Positions 36,091 through 45,451 of a DNA stretch of 47,977 bases are shown here, in pieces. This DNA is from Acidobacteriaceae bacterium (GTDB lineage: Bacteria; Acidobacteriota; Terriglobia; Terriglobales; Acidobacteriaceae). The notes beneath the pieces were generated by a model. The model was not told where the DNA came from, made no database searches, and saw only the letters and a program-made list of their open reading frames with translations. The DNA lies in NCBI GenBank assembly GCA_003159355.1, contig PLPA01000091.1, forward strand, positions 1,118 through 49,094, read 5' to 3'. How positions within the stretch are numbered: the stretch's first letter is position 1; the number at the start of each line of letters is the position of its first letter. The position numbers and the translations under genes were made by a program.

Positions 36091-37515
36091 TCATTGGCCG
36101 TCAGAGCCGATCGATGCCCCTCTGCTTGCCGGCCATGCTTCCAGCCAAGCCTCGGAATATGGGTTGGAGTGCGCGTCAAGAACCCCGGAATCTTTGCCGC
36201 GAAGCGTCTTGTCGAAGAAAGCAACCACATAGCCGCGCACAATGCTATGAATCTCCCGGGCGGGAAGCGTGCCGCGATGCGACAGCGAGCGCAGCGGTGA
36301 AATCAGAGGCTGATCCGTAAAGTCCTCGTGGGCAGCTCCCTTCACCGATAGCAGGTACCCGCCGAATCTGCGCAGCGAAGCCTCCGTATCGGCTGAGTCC
36401 ACGGCATCGAGAACGGCTTCCACTGTCGCGCTTGAAGTGGGAGTTTCGCCTGCTTGCGCGGTGTAGGCATCGATGACCAGCAACGGCTGGTTCGGACCTC
36501 GCTCACGAATTGCGTCGAAAAACCATCCGTCCATGTTCACCGCCGCACGAACCCTTCGATCTTCGGCACAAACCGCGGTGGCCGCCGCTCCGCCAAACGA
36601 ATGCCCTATTGCTCCCGCCCTTTCGGTGTCCAGGAGTCCGAACCAGGGTGAGCCAGCGGCACGGTTCATGGCCTCCAGGCGATCGAGAACGAATCGCTGG
36701 TCCGCTACCCACTTAGCCAACTCCCGATTCCAAATTGCTCTCACACGCTCCGGCGTGCTGCTTTCCGGAGCGTCTATGTCGTTGGTGGCGATCCCATGCA
36801 CGACCCGACCGTCCGGAAATGCAACCAGGCTCGCGTTGTAGGTGTGATCGATGCTGGCGACGACATAGCCCTGACTTGCCAGTTCCTCGGTCAGGAAGGT
36901 GTCGTTGGTCCGCCTGCCTCGCCAGGCATGGTTGAAGAGGATAACGGGAAACGGTGCGCCCGCATGTGCCACTGGGGCATCCAGCCGCGAATTGGTTCGA
37001 AGCACGCTCTGGTAGGAGCTGAGTAAGTTGGTCTCTCGCGGTTCACGGTAACGGGCGAGGCGGTTATGCGATGGTTGAGCGGGATACCAAAGCTGGACCA
37101 TCAGTTCTCGCTGGGAAACGCCGGCCTGCGCTGCATCCTCAATGCGCGCCGCGTCTTTGAAGTACAGGATCGATGTGCCGACCGGATAGGATCCTGTGGG
37201 CGTGGGCAGGCTGAACATCGGCAGCAGAAGCGAGCATAAGACGCTCACGAATGTGAGCAGCAGTGCCGAACAGGATGTGTATCTCCGTGGTCGAATGCGG
37301 CCTCCGCCTGGCTTCCAGGCCGCGAGGCAGAGGATCGCGGTGGCTGCGTAAGCGGGAATCATCTGCCAGTGCGCGCCCTCAAAAACAGCGTGCGCCACGG
37401 CTGCCAGCAGGGCGACTGCCGCAAGCAGACCGCTGGTTCGCGGCCAGCGGCCCGTTAGCAGAAATACAGCCGCGGCGGCGATCAGGAATACGAGGAGCAT
37501 TTCAAGTGGGCGCAT
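36091..37515 (-). CDS. Membrane-anchored alpha/beta hydrolase (PAF-acetylhydrolase-like esterase)
   Basis: About 4 N-terminal TMs, PTGSYPVG, RELMVQLWYP, FPVILFNH, LASQGYVV, GHSFGG nucleophile elbow, NMDG, HEDFTD. Confidence 0.85.
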   Translation of the reverse strand: MRPLEMLLVFLIAAAAVFLLTGRWPRTSGLLAAVALLAAVAHAVFEGAHWQMIPAYAATAILCLAAWKPGGGRIRPRRYTSCSALLLTFVSVLCSLLLPMFSLPTPTGSYPVGTSILYFKDAARIEDAAQAGVSQRELMVQLWYPAQPSHNRLARYREPRETNLLSSYQSVLRTNSRLDAPVAHAGAPFPVILFNHAWRGRRTNDTFLTEELASQGYVVASIDHTYNASLVAFPDGRVVHGIATNDIDAPESSTPERVRAIWNRELAKWVADQRFVLDRLEAMNRAAGSPWFGLLDTERAGAIGHSFGGAAATAVCAEDRRVRAAVNMDGWFFDAIRERGPNQPLLVIDAYTAQAGETPTSSATVEAVLDAVDSADTEASLRRFGGYLLSVKGAAHEDFTDQPLISPLRSLSHRGTLPAREIHSIVRGYVVAFFDKTLRGKDSGVLDAHSNPYSEAWLEAWPASRGASIGSDGQ

Positions 37516-37594
37516 AGACCATTCACGGGCTCATTGCCGCGGGATTGCCTTCCAATTCACACGAAGTGAGCCGGGTTGGCTCGCGTTCCCGCCG

Positions 37595-39781
37595 TCAGGC
37601 GCGCGCCCTTTCCCGCCGCGCAGAGTCCTTTGCGGACGTTGAACGGCGCTGCCGATAGGATTGCTCGTACCGGTGAAGCTCATTTCTCATGGCGCGATCC
37701 GCTCGATCCAGACTGATTTTGTTCAACACCACCGCCACGCCGGCGACGTCCAGACGCTCGAGGAGGTGGGCGGCGCGATCCAGTTCCTGCTTGGTCGTCG
37801 CGCTGGATCTGACTACAAGAACCGTTACATCGGACACCCGCGCCAGGTATTCGGTATACGCGGAGATCGGCAGTGGACTGGCATCGATCAGAATTGCATC
37901 GTACTGTTCGCTGCCGCTGAGCAACCCCCGAGCCACGGGGTTGAAAGCGGGCGCATCTTGTCCCATGCGGTATTCTGTGCGGTCGTGGACAGCTGCGATC
38001 GGCGCCAGGGTGGCGCGCCGTATCTCGTCGGTCTTGTTCCGCCTCGGCAGAAGCGGTTGGAACCGCCAGGAAACGTCATCGGGGGTAATCTCCAGCCCCT
38101 CGGATGCCGATGCCACGATCGTTTGTGTCCTCAGATCAAAAGTGCGCAGCTTATCGCTCAGCTCTCGCACAACAGTGCTCGTTCCGCTGTCATGCGCCGG
38201 AGATGTAAATAAAAAGATTCGCGCCCCTGAGTTTCTGATCGCATGATCGATGCCCGCGGCCAGACGCAAATGGTACTCGCCCGCAATCTCCCTGCGGAAC
38301 TCGCGATTGTCAAGCAGCACGCCTAAAGGATGGAAGCCCATCACCCGCTCGACATCCTGAGCGGTGAAGATTCTGTTGTCCAGCAGGTCGATGCCAACCG
38401 GAGCGCCAATTGCGAAGGCAAGACTCAGCAGGAGCAGGGCAAGCAGGTAGAGTCGCAGTTTGCTGGTCTCCGGGTTCAGCGGGGTGAGCGCCTTTGAGGA
38501 AACATGGATCGACCCCGGCGAACTGCTTTCAAGTTCCAGATCGCGGATGCGGTCGTCGATTGCGCTATAGGCTTTTTGCAAGCTGTCGATCTCCGGCCCA
38601 AGGGCCGCGGCTCTTTGGAATTTGGGCGCGACTGAGGTGGCCGTGTGCGTCCTTTGCGCCAGTTCCTGAGTCAGATTAAGCTCAATCATGCGCGTACGCG
38701 CTACCTCCTGGCGCAGCCTTGCCTGCAGGTGCTCGCCGGCCTTGTGTCTCAGGTCGCTCATCAGCCCGTCGATCGAATCCAGTTCATCCTTGTCTTTCTG
38801 GTAGATCGGATGATCCGGGCGCAGGCCGTTCATCTCTTCCATCAATACGGTTCTGCGGTTGTTCAGCGACGTTCTCACGCCCGCCAGCCCGGAGTCGGAA
38901 GCAATCGCTTCGTCGGCAATGGCGTCGTTTACGGTCGATCCCCCAGCGCCGCTTCCCTTCACTTCGGCGGCCAATTGCGCTTCCGCCGCTTGGCGCTGCA
39001 TGCGCGCTGTAACCAGCTGGTCGTTCAGCTTCTGCAACGTAGAATCATAGAGGTCGTTCCCGCTCTCTTTGGATGAAAGCGTGGCCACGCCAAGCTCCTG
39101 CATCAGTTGCGCCTGCTCCCCCATTTCGTCGTCCATCTCCTTCTGCAGCCGGACCTTCTCCTGCCGGAGGGTATTCAGGCGCTCGTCCAGCCCGTAAAAC
39201 TCCTCGCCCTTCATGCGCTCTATATAGATGTCGGTAACCGTGTTCACAACTTGGGCAAGATCATTGGGCGTGGCGCCGTGCAGTCCGATGGCCATCTCGT
39301 ATGTCGAACCGAGCCTCTTCACTTCAAGGTTCTTCTGTAAGAGCTCAATCTCGTAGGGCAGCGCCGGGCCCTGATAAGACGGCGCTAAGCCCCTCCTGTA
39401 CCGCACGGCGTAGGGAAGCTTCTCGATGGCATCGGCGACAATGTCGTGCCGCGTTACCGTCTGGATCTGATCCTGCACATAAGAGTCGTAAGGAAGTTCG
39501 ACCTCGCTGTCGCCGGCCAGAATCTTGGGAAACTTGGGCGACAGATAGACTATGCCGTGGGACTCATAGTCCGGCTTGGCCCTCTTCCAGATGACGAATG
39601 CGCCGCAGGCAAGAACCACGAGAAACACCAGCGCTGCAATATACCAGTGGCGGCGGAGACTGCCGGCCACATTGATAGACGGACGGGGCCCATCCGAAGA
39701 ACCCCCGGCCCGGCGCAGCGGCGCAGATGGCAGGCTCTTCGAGTTTCCGGGAAGCGAATTGTCGGGCGTTGAATTGATCAT
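37595..39781 (-). CDS. wzc: Polysaccharide co-polymerase (Wzc/GumC-like) with degenerate C-terminal kinase domain
   Basis: Two TMs flanking a coiled-coil periplasmic region, A.TP.NP before TM2, DLLDNRI, FTSPAHDSGTST, YDAILIDASP, VVLNK. Confidence 0.85.
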   Translation of the reverse strand: MINSTPDNSLPGNSKSLPSAPLRRAGGSSDGPRPSINVAGSLRRHWYIAALVFLVVLACGAFVIWKRAKPDYESHGIVYLSPKFPKILAGDSEVELPYDSYVQDQIQTVTRHDIVADAIEKLPYAVRYRRGLAPSYQGPALPYEIELLQKNLEVKRLGSTYEMAIGLHGATPNDLAQVVNTVTDIYIERMKGEEFYGLDERLNTLRQEKVRLQKEMDDEMGEQAQLMQELGVATLSSKESGNDLYDSTLQKLNDQLVTARMQRQAAEAQLAAEVKGSGAGGSTVNDAIADEAIASDSGLAGVRTSLNNRRTVLMEEMNGLRPDHPIYQKDKDELDSIDGLMSDLRHKAGEHLQARLRQEVARTRMIELNLTQELAQRTHTATSVAPKFQRAAALGPEIDSLQKAYSAIDDRIRDLELESSSPGSIHVSSKALTPLNPETSKLRLYLLALLLLSLAFAIGAPVGIDLLDNRIFTAQDVERVMGFHPLGVLLDNREFRREIAGEYHLRLAAGIDHAIRNSGARIFLFTSPAHDSGTSTVVRELSDKLRTFDLRTQTIVASASEGLEITPDDVSWRFQPLLPRRNKTDEIRRATLAPIAAVHDRTEYRMGQDAPAFNPVARGLLSGSEQYDAILIDASPLPISAYTEYLARVSDVTVLVVRSSATTKQELDRAAHLLERLDVAGVAVVLNKISLDRADRAMRNELHRYEQSYRQRRSTSAKDSARRERARA

Positions 39782-39798
39782 GACCAAACCTTTCCAAG

Positions 39799-40854
39799 TC
39801 AGCGAACGGCCATTGCCGCAAAACTTCCCATTGTCAGGAAGGGTGCCAGTTGCTGCATCACAAAGCCCATTTTGGACATCCCGCTCTTGGGCACGTAGAT
39901 GATGTCGCCGGGATTGAGCGAGACTTCCATGCCGCCATTCGGCTTCAGTAGATCATTGAAGCGAACATACTGAATCTTGCCGTTCTTGGAGCGGTGGACG
40001 ATCTGAATCTCCGGGTTCCCACCGGCTGAGTCATTCAGCCCGCCTGCTTCACCCAGAACCGAGGACAGCGTAGAGTCATGCTTCAGGGCAATCAGCCCCG
40101 GATGCTGCACCTGCCCCATGATGGTTATGTTTCTTGTCGACACGGCGGGCACAAACACCACGTCGTTGCGGCGCAGGCGAAGGTCTGCCAGCGGGCTGCC
40201 AGACACCAGCAGTTCCTGCAGTTCAACCCAGTACACCTGGTCTCCCCGGTAGATGACGCATTGCTCTGGAATGCTGCCATCGGGGCGGGTTTCGATGCCG
40301 CCTCTGGAGAGGACTTCGAGCAGGGTCGGCGTCTGGTCAAAGCTTACGATCCCAGGGTTCTTTACGTCCCCCAGCAGTGTGACGTGATTGGAGCCGTATT
40401 TCTCCACCTGAACGGTCGCTGTCACCTTTGTGTAGTAAGGCGACAGCGCCTCGACAACCTTCTGCCCCGCTGCTTCGCGGGTCAGGCCGGCGAGCTTGAT
40501 CGGTCCGGCCAGCGGGAGCGTCATGCGCCCATCCGGACCAATCACATCCTTGCTGGCCAAATCGGGCCGTCCAGGATACTGGATGGAGATTTCATCCCCA
40601 GCTCCCAGCGTGTACTCCTCATCCGCAGCCGGCTCGAACCTGCGCAATGCCTCGATGGGGTTCAGTTTCAGCTTCGGATCGGGCAGGTTCTCCTGCGAGG
40701 AATTGCCACTCGGCTGCACGGTCCGAGACGAATCGCTGGCCGCGGGCTGGTCGTATGCCGGCGTGGCTCCGCCGGGCCGCGGAAAGGCCAAGCCGAGAGC
40801 GAGAACAAAAAGACCGCTCAGAGTGAGCGCATAACGTCCATTCAGCAGATTCAT
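39799..40854 (-). CDS. wza: Polysaccharide export protein (Wza/Poly_export + SLBB domains)
   Basis: YTLGAGDEISI, IGPDGRMTLPLAGPIKLAGLT, GDVKNPG, GQVQHPG, EAGG, LNPGDIIYVP. Start 40854 after AAGGAG. Confidence 0.9.
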   Translation of the reverse strand: MNLLNGRYALTLSGLFVLALGLAFPRPGGATPAYDQPAASDSSRTVQPSGNSSQENLPDPKLKLNPIEALRRFEPAADEEYTLGAGDEISIQYPGRPDLASKDVIGPDGRMTLPLAGPIKLAGLTREAAGQKVVEALSPYYTKVTATVQVEKYGSNHVTLLGDVKNPGIVSFDQTPTLLEVLSRGGIETRPDGSIPEQCVIYRGDQVYWVELQELLVSGSPLADLRLRRNDVVFVPAVSTRNITIMGQVQHPGLIALKHDSTLSSVLGEAGGLNDSAGGNPEIQIVHRSKNGKIQYVRFNDLLKPNGGMEVSLNPGDIIYVPKSGMSKMGFVMQQLAPFLTMGSFAAMAVR

Positions 40855-40963
40855 GGATAACTCCTTCAGCGCGTTCGCGGCGTGGTGGTTCGATAAGTGG
40901 GCGGCGAGAGTCGCCGTCAAGAAAGGCGTCGATTCGATGGCGGGCTTCCAACTCCTCGCCGGT

Positions 40964-42151
40964 TCATTGCCCGTCTCCCGAAGTCTCGCGAGCAGTCCGC
41001 ACCCATGCGGAATCCGCGCGGGAAGCTCGCCATACCTCTGGAAGAATCCACATTTTCCAGAAGATATAGGCTGGCGCGGTCCCGAGGACTCTTATCATTG
41101 CCCAGAAGCCGGACCCGCATGCAGCAGCAGCTGTTACATGGAAGGCGAGCACAAGAATCGTTCCTAGCGCATAAAACCTGAGCCACGCGACAGGCAGGCA
41201 GGTGGCAAGCAACAGCAGAAATGCCTCGGTGGCGATTGGCGCGGATAAAAGATCGAGAAGCGGCTCGATAACCCGTGCCCGCCCGCGCAGCAAGTCTCCC
41301 ATCAGCCTGGGAGCCCACCGCCTCATCATTCGCCGGCGGCCGCCCTCCCATCGCGCGCGCTGTGTGCGCGCGCCATGATCGGAACGCGGCATCTCGCCGC
41401 TGACCGTGGCCGTGTCGACAAACTCCATGCGAATGCCGGCTCGAACCAGCGCGAGATGATACTCCAGGTCCTCGACAACGGAATAGGCTCCGTATGGAAC
41501 CCGAGTCAGCACATCCCGGTGAAGCGCGAATCCATTGCCCAGAATCCCCGCCGAAAGACCTAAACGCTCCCGGCCGCGCGGACGAACCACGTTGAATCCT
41601 CGAAGGGCAAGCGTCATCAGCCTTGTGCGGCTGTTCTCCTCGAAGTTGTAGACTTCATAACGGCACTGCACCGCTTGCGCCCCGGCCAGAAACCTTTGCC
41701 GCACCGCGGCGATCAGGCCAGGGCTGACGACAGAGTCCGCGTCGATTACCAGCACTGCCCGCGAAGGCCCGGCCAGAGCCGCGGAAAAACCATAACTCAG
41801 CGCGCTGCCCTTGCCTTTCCGATCCCCATCGTTCAGCACCAGAACCTTTGCTCCCGCGGCCTCGGCCTCCGCCGCCGTCGCATCCGTGCAGTTATGCGCG
41901 ATCACCACCAGATCCGCGCCCGGGCCGGCTGAGGACGCCAAGCTGCGAATGCAGCGTCCGACTAGAGCTTCCTCATTGTGAGCCGGAACCACGACAGTGA
42001 GCGGAAAACCCTCCACTCCCCCGTCTTGTTTTCTTGCCCGCGCGCCTGGCACGAGAGAGGCTGCTGTCAGTACCAGAAGCTCTGCTAGCAATGGCAGCGT
42101 CGCCAGCACCAGCGCGATCCCCAGAATGTCGAACACGTGAGATAGAAGCAT
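40964..42151 (-). CDS. Glycosyltransferase family 2, membrane-bound (D,D,D,QxxRW type)
   Basis: VVPAHNEE, NCTDAT, GKGSAL, IDADS, GNG, VEDLE, QRARWEGG. Confidence 0.9.
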   Translation of the reverse strand: MLLSHVFDILGIALVLATLPLLAELLVLTAASLVPGARARKQDGGVEGFPLTVVVPAHNEEALVGRCIRSLASSAGPGADLVVIAHNCTDATAAEAEAAGAKVLVLNDGDRKGKGSALSYGFSAALAGPSRAVLVIDADSVVSPGLIAAVRQRFLAGAQAVQCRYEVYNFEENSRTRLMTLALRGFNVVRPRGRERLGLSAGILGNGFALHRDVLTRVPYGAYSVVEDLEYHLALVRAGIRMEFVDTATVSGEMPRSDHGARTQRARWEGGRRRMMRRWAPRLMGDLLRGRARVIEPLLDLLSAPIATEAFLLLLATCLPVAWLRFYALGTILVLAFHVTAAAACGSGFWAMIRVLGTAPAYIFWKMWILPEVWRASRADSAWVRTARETSGDGQ

Positions 42152-42287
42152 AAGATCGTTCTCCGGATTGCCTTGGAGTTATGAGCTGCCGTTGCGCGGA
42201 AGCCGGCGCCTCGAACTCCATCTCATTTGCTGCGATTGCACTTCTTGTTATCCGTCCGATGCGCCGCGGCCTGCCCCTGGCAAACAT

Positions 42288-43622
42288 TCATCCGATGTCC
42301 ACCGGGACCAGGTCCTCGATGAGCGTGTCCGCCTCCAGACTCTTTGGCGACCGGAGCGGATTCGGTTCATTTGTAAGTTCCCGGCTGAGTAGTTGCTGCA
42401 CCTGACGGTAGACGTCGGGCACTTCCTGAACGTGAATTGGAATCAGCTTGCCGCCAATCTGGCAGAACGCCCAGTCCTTCCCCAGTTGTGGAGCCGGCAG
42501 CGACTCCGGCTGGATGCGGCGTAGCGCCTCTGCGACCTTTGGGGCCATGCGAAAGAAGAGCCGCAGCCGGGAAGCGCCTACAACGTGGACCAGAAGCCGA
42601 TCCAGCCCCGCCAGCCAAAGCTCGCGCTTCCAGGAGCGGGCAACATTCATCACGTAAATGAGCGATGCCAAAGCGTCCGCCCCGATGTAGGCGGTATTGC
42701 TCATGTCGAGCACTACGTGAGATCCGGTGAGAACCGCGTTGCGCACATCGGATTCAAATCGCGGCAAAAGTTTGCCGGTAAAATCGCCATCAATACGCAT
42801 GACGGTTGCCGTGCCCACCATTTCTTTCGTGATCTGAGCCTGTTGGCGCCGTTTCCCCTGCATAGCCATGGCTGCAAGTTGCATGGGGAGATAGCGCGTC
42901 AGACCCAGCGCATTGCCGAAATACCGGCTTGCCAGTCGCGACGGCTCTTGCATCATCCGGTAGAACCATTCCATGCCGCAGCGCTGCATCCATAAAGGTG
43001 CGCGGGCAACCCTGCCGCTCAGAAAATCGAACGAACCGCCTACTCCGATGCAGACAGGAACCTCCAGCCGGAACCGATGCATGGCCAGCCATTTCTCCTG
43101 CTTGGGGTTTCCAAAGGCCACCAGAAGAATGTCCGGCGTGGCCGCCTCAATCCTCGACAGTATCTCCTCGTGATCCATCTCTTCCAATGGCTGATACTTC
43201 GGGCAATAGCGTCCGGCAATGCAAGCGCCGGGAAAGCTCTTCTCCATCCAGGCCGCCGTGCCGGCGGAGCTCTCTTCTTCGGCTCCCAGCAGGAAGATTC
43301 GATAGCCGCGCCGGGCCGACAATCTCGCCAGTTGCGGTACAAGATCGGCTCCGGCCACCCGCTCCTTCAGCCCCGCCCCCAACAGGTGGGATGCCCACAC
43401 CAGCGGCGCTCCGTCGGCCAGGACGAGATCGCAGCGGCAGAGCGTCTCGTGCAGTTCCTCGTCGCGGATGGATTTCATGAGGAAATCGACGTTTGCCGTC
43501 GCAATCTGATGGAAGCCACCCTCCGCAATGCTGGCCTCCACCGCGTCAAGAACTTCTTCCATCGTCAGGTTGTCAAGAGCCACACCCAGGATGGCAACAC
43601 GAGGATTCTTTGATTTTGTCAT
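42288..43622 (-). CDS. WecB/TagA/CpsF (GT26) glycosyltransferase fused to a C-terminal STAS domain
   Basis: TANVD, LADGAP, ERVAGADL, VAFGNPKQEKW, GVGGSFDF, RAPLWMQ, EPSRL; then RIDGDF...VVLDMSNTAYIGADALASL (STAS-like). Confidence 0.88.
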   Translation of the reverse strand: MTKSKNPRVAILGVALDNLTMEEVLDAVEASIAEGGFHQIATANVDFLMKSIRDEELHETLCRCDLVLADGAPLVWASHLLGAGLKERVAGADLVPQLARLSARRGYRIFLLGAEEESSAGTAAWMEKSFPGACIAGRYCPKYQPLEEMDHEEILSRIEAATPDILLVAFGNPKQEKWLAMHRFRLEVPVCIGVGGSFDFLSGRVARAPLWMQRCGMEWFYRMMQEPSRLASRYFGNALGLTRYLPMQLAAMAMQGKRRQQAQITKEMVGTATVMRIDGDFTGKLLPRFESDVRNAVLTGSHVVLDMSNTAYIGADALASLIYVMNVARSWKRELWLAGLDRLLVHVVGASRLRLFFRMAPKVAEALRRIQPESLPAPQLGKDWAFCQIGGKLIPIHVQEVPDVYRQVQQLLSRELTNEPNPLRSPKSLEADTLIEDLVPVDIG

Positions 43623-43923
43623 GGTGATCGCTCCACGATGCTTCGTTCAGGGACGGGCCGCCCTTCCTTCCGACCTATGGGAGGAGCGGGCTGACTTGCT
43701 GTTGGGGGAGACGAGGCTGCGAGCTTCTCATGACCGGCGTAGACAGGGGACATGCAGCCAAGAGGCGCTCGCTTCGGGAGTAGGCCGTGCAATGCAGTGA
43801 TGGAAGATCCGGGGAAAGTGTGACAGCGGGGAGATTTTGCGGCAGGTCAACGATCAGCCAAGTCAGGAAGGACTGGCATTTCCACGTTTTCAGGCTCCGC
43901 ACGCTCTTCGCGTCTTTGCTTCA

Positions 43924-43953
43924 TGCGATCGGGGTGGGTTTCCACCGATCGCA
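43924..43953. other. Stem-loop immediately downstream of the UpxY gene
   Basis: TGCGATCGG...CCGATCGCA 9 bp stem plus an inner TGG/CCA stem; no U-tract. Confidence 0.45.
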
Positions 43954-43968
43954 CTTGTGGGGACAGAA

Positions 43969-44565
43969 TCAATTGCTGCGGCCCCCAGTGCTCGTTCCGG
44001 ATCGATCTTGGATGGCTTCCACGTCGCTCAGGTTCAGCTCGGCCGAAATCGCTTGACAGAATACCGACACTGTAACGATCAGACGAAGGCTGTTCTTGAT
44101 CCGGGCCAGGCGTCCCTGGACGCCGGCCAGCGGTCCCCGCATCACCTGAACCAGTGTGCCTGGCGTCAGTGCATCGCAGCGTTCACAAGGCAAACTGCTG
44201 CCGAGTGTGTTGCGAACCGCCTCGATTTCAACAGTGGAGATCGGGCTGGGCGCATGATTTCCGCCCAAAAGGCGCACAATGCCGTTGGTCTCCAGCACCC
44301 TTACCCGGTTGCGCAAAGTGGGCTCAAAGTGAAGGAACACGTAGCCGCTGAAGGCCGGCGCCTCGATGACCTTCCGGCGATCCGTCCATTGACGGACCTC
44401 GCGCAGCAAGGGAAGATAGGTACTGAATCCCTTCACGGTCAGACCCGAGGCCACGCGCTGCTCACAGCGGTAGCCGGTCTGCACCGCGTACCAGGTATGT
44501 GTGGGATTCTCCGCATGAGGCATCTCCTCAATCCGATTTTCTACGCTTAAGCAGGCTTCGCCCAT
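43969..44565 (-). CDS. UpxY/NusG-family transcription antiterminator
   Basis: NGN domain WYAVQT...EQRV...YLPL...WTDRRKVIEAPAFSGYVF; KOW motif GTLVQVMRGPLAGVQG. Positioned at the head of the polysaccharide operon. Confidence 0.9.
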   Translation of the reverse strand: MGEACLSVENRIEEMPHAENPTHTWYAVQTGYRCEQRVASGLTVKGFSTYLPLLREVRQWTDRRKVIEAPAFSGYVFLHFEPTLRNRVRVLETNGIVRLLGGNHAPSPISTVEIEAVRNTLGSSLPCERCDALTPGTLVQVMRGPLAGVQGRLARIKNSLRLIVTVSVFCQAISAELNLSDVEAIQDRSGTSTGGRSN

Positions 44566-44608
44566 GACACCCCCATTCGAGTGTTGTTAAATGGATTAGA
44601 TTTGTCCG

Positions 44609-44650
44609 AAATGAAAAGAAAGAAACGCGCTGGAGCGAATCGCTCCAAGC
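44609..44650 (-). terminator. Intrinsic terminator between the HTH gene and the UpxY gene
   Basis: Minus strand: GCTTGGAGCG-ATT-CGCTCCAGC followed by GCGTTTCTTTCTTTTCATTT. Confidence 0.65.
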
Positions 44651-44687
44651 ACCAAAACAACAACAGCAAGTGACGCCAATCGATCAA

Positions 44688-45053
44688 TTATTGGTGGAGA
44701 AGGATCTCGCCGGCCCCCACGTCTGTCCTAATAGTGCCGGTTTCCTTCATAACCGTTTCAAAGAGCCAATCCGCATCGCACCCCAATGCCCTGGCAATCT
44801 CCTGCCGCATTTGCCGCTTGGGTACACGAACACCATTGATAATCCGGCTCAAGTAGGCCTCATGGATGCCCACCAGATTGGCCAGCCTATTCTGACGCAT
44901 ACCAGTCGTGTACATTCGCAGCTTCAGATTGGGGTAGATAGCGCGCTCCTTTTCTTCCTTGGGCTGAGCAATCCGCTTTGAATGGGCCACTCCGTAGAGT
45001 TGGTGTCTACCCAAAGCGCTTGCATGAAGTATAGTGATGGCTATCACAGACAT
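44688..45053 (-). CDS. Small XRE-family helix-turn-helix protein
   Basis: YPNLKLRMYTTGMRQNRLANLVGIHEAYLSRIINGVRVP...IARALGCDADWLF. Start uncertain. Confidence 0.8.
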   Translation of the reverse strand: MSVIAITILHASALGRHQLYGVAHSKRIAQPKEEKERAIYPNLKLRMYTTGMRQNRLANLVGIHEAYLSRIINGVRVPKRQMRQEIARALGCDADWLFETVMKETGTIRTDVGAGEILLHQ

Positions 45054-45330
45054 CGTTTCAAAGTTTTCCTATACTTTCTAAACGGAGTGTATGTGAAACT
45101 GAAAGAAATTGCCACTTAATTTTAGTACCTAAACGTTGCCTCGTGGTAACTTTTTTCTAGTTACCTTGCCACCATATTGCTCGTATAATGCATATTCTAA
45201 AATCCTTACAGATCCTATTTGGCACATTTCAAAAAAATGCGAATGTGTGCATTTTTATATAGACTTTATAACTTTGTTGACAATAGCCTTGCCGTGGACC
45301 CAATATTCTGGCAATTTATTGTCAATTGGC
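45054..45330 (-). promoter_or_regulatory. AT-rich promoter/operator region at the head of the locus
   Basis: Markedly AT-rich. Minus-strand TTGTCA-N18-TATAAA candidate. Inverted repeats GGTAACT-N7-AGTTACC (45145-45165) and TTGACAATA...TATTGTCAA (45277-45325). Confidence 0.55.
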
Positions 45331-45451
45331 CGATGATTGGCGCCGTGTTGTGATCCCCGGCAACCTGTGTGGAAGCTCTTGTTTGTAGATGCAGCCGCAT
45401 TGCGCATCGATGCATTTCTCTTGAATCGTAGACAATGGCTGCGCCGGGATC

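Noticed and set aside
45100-45320. Sigma-54 promoter suggested by TGGCA motifs
   Set aside because: None has GC at the required GG-N10-GC spacing.
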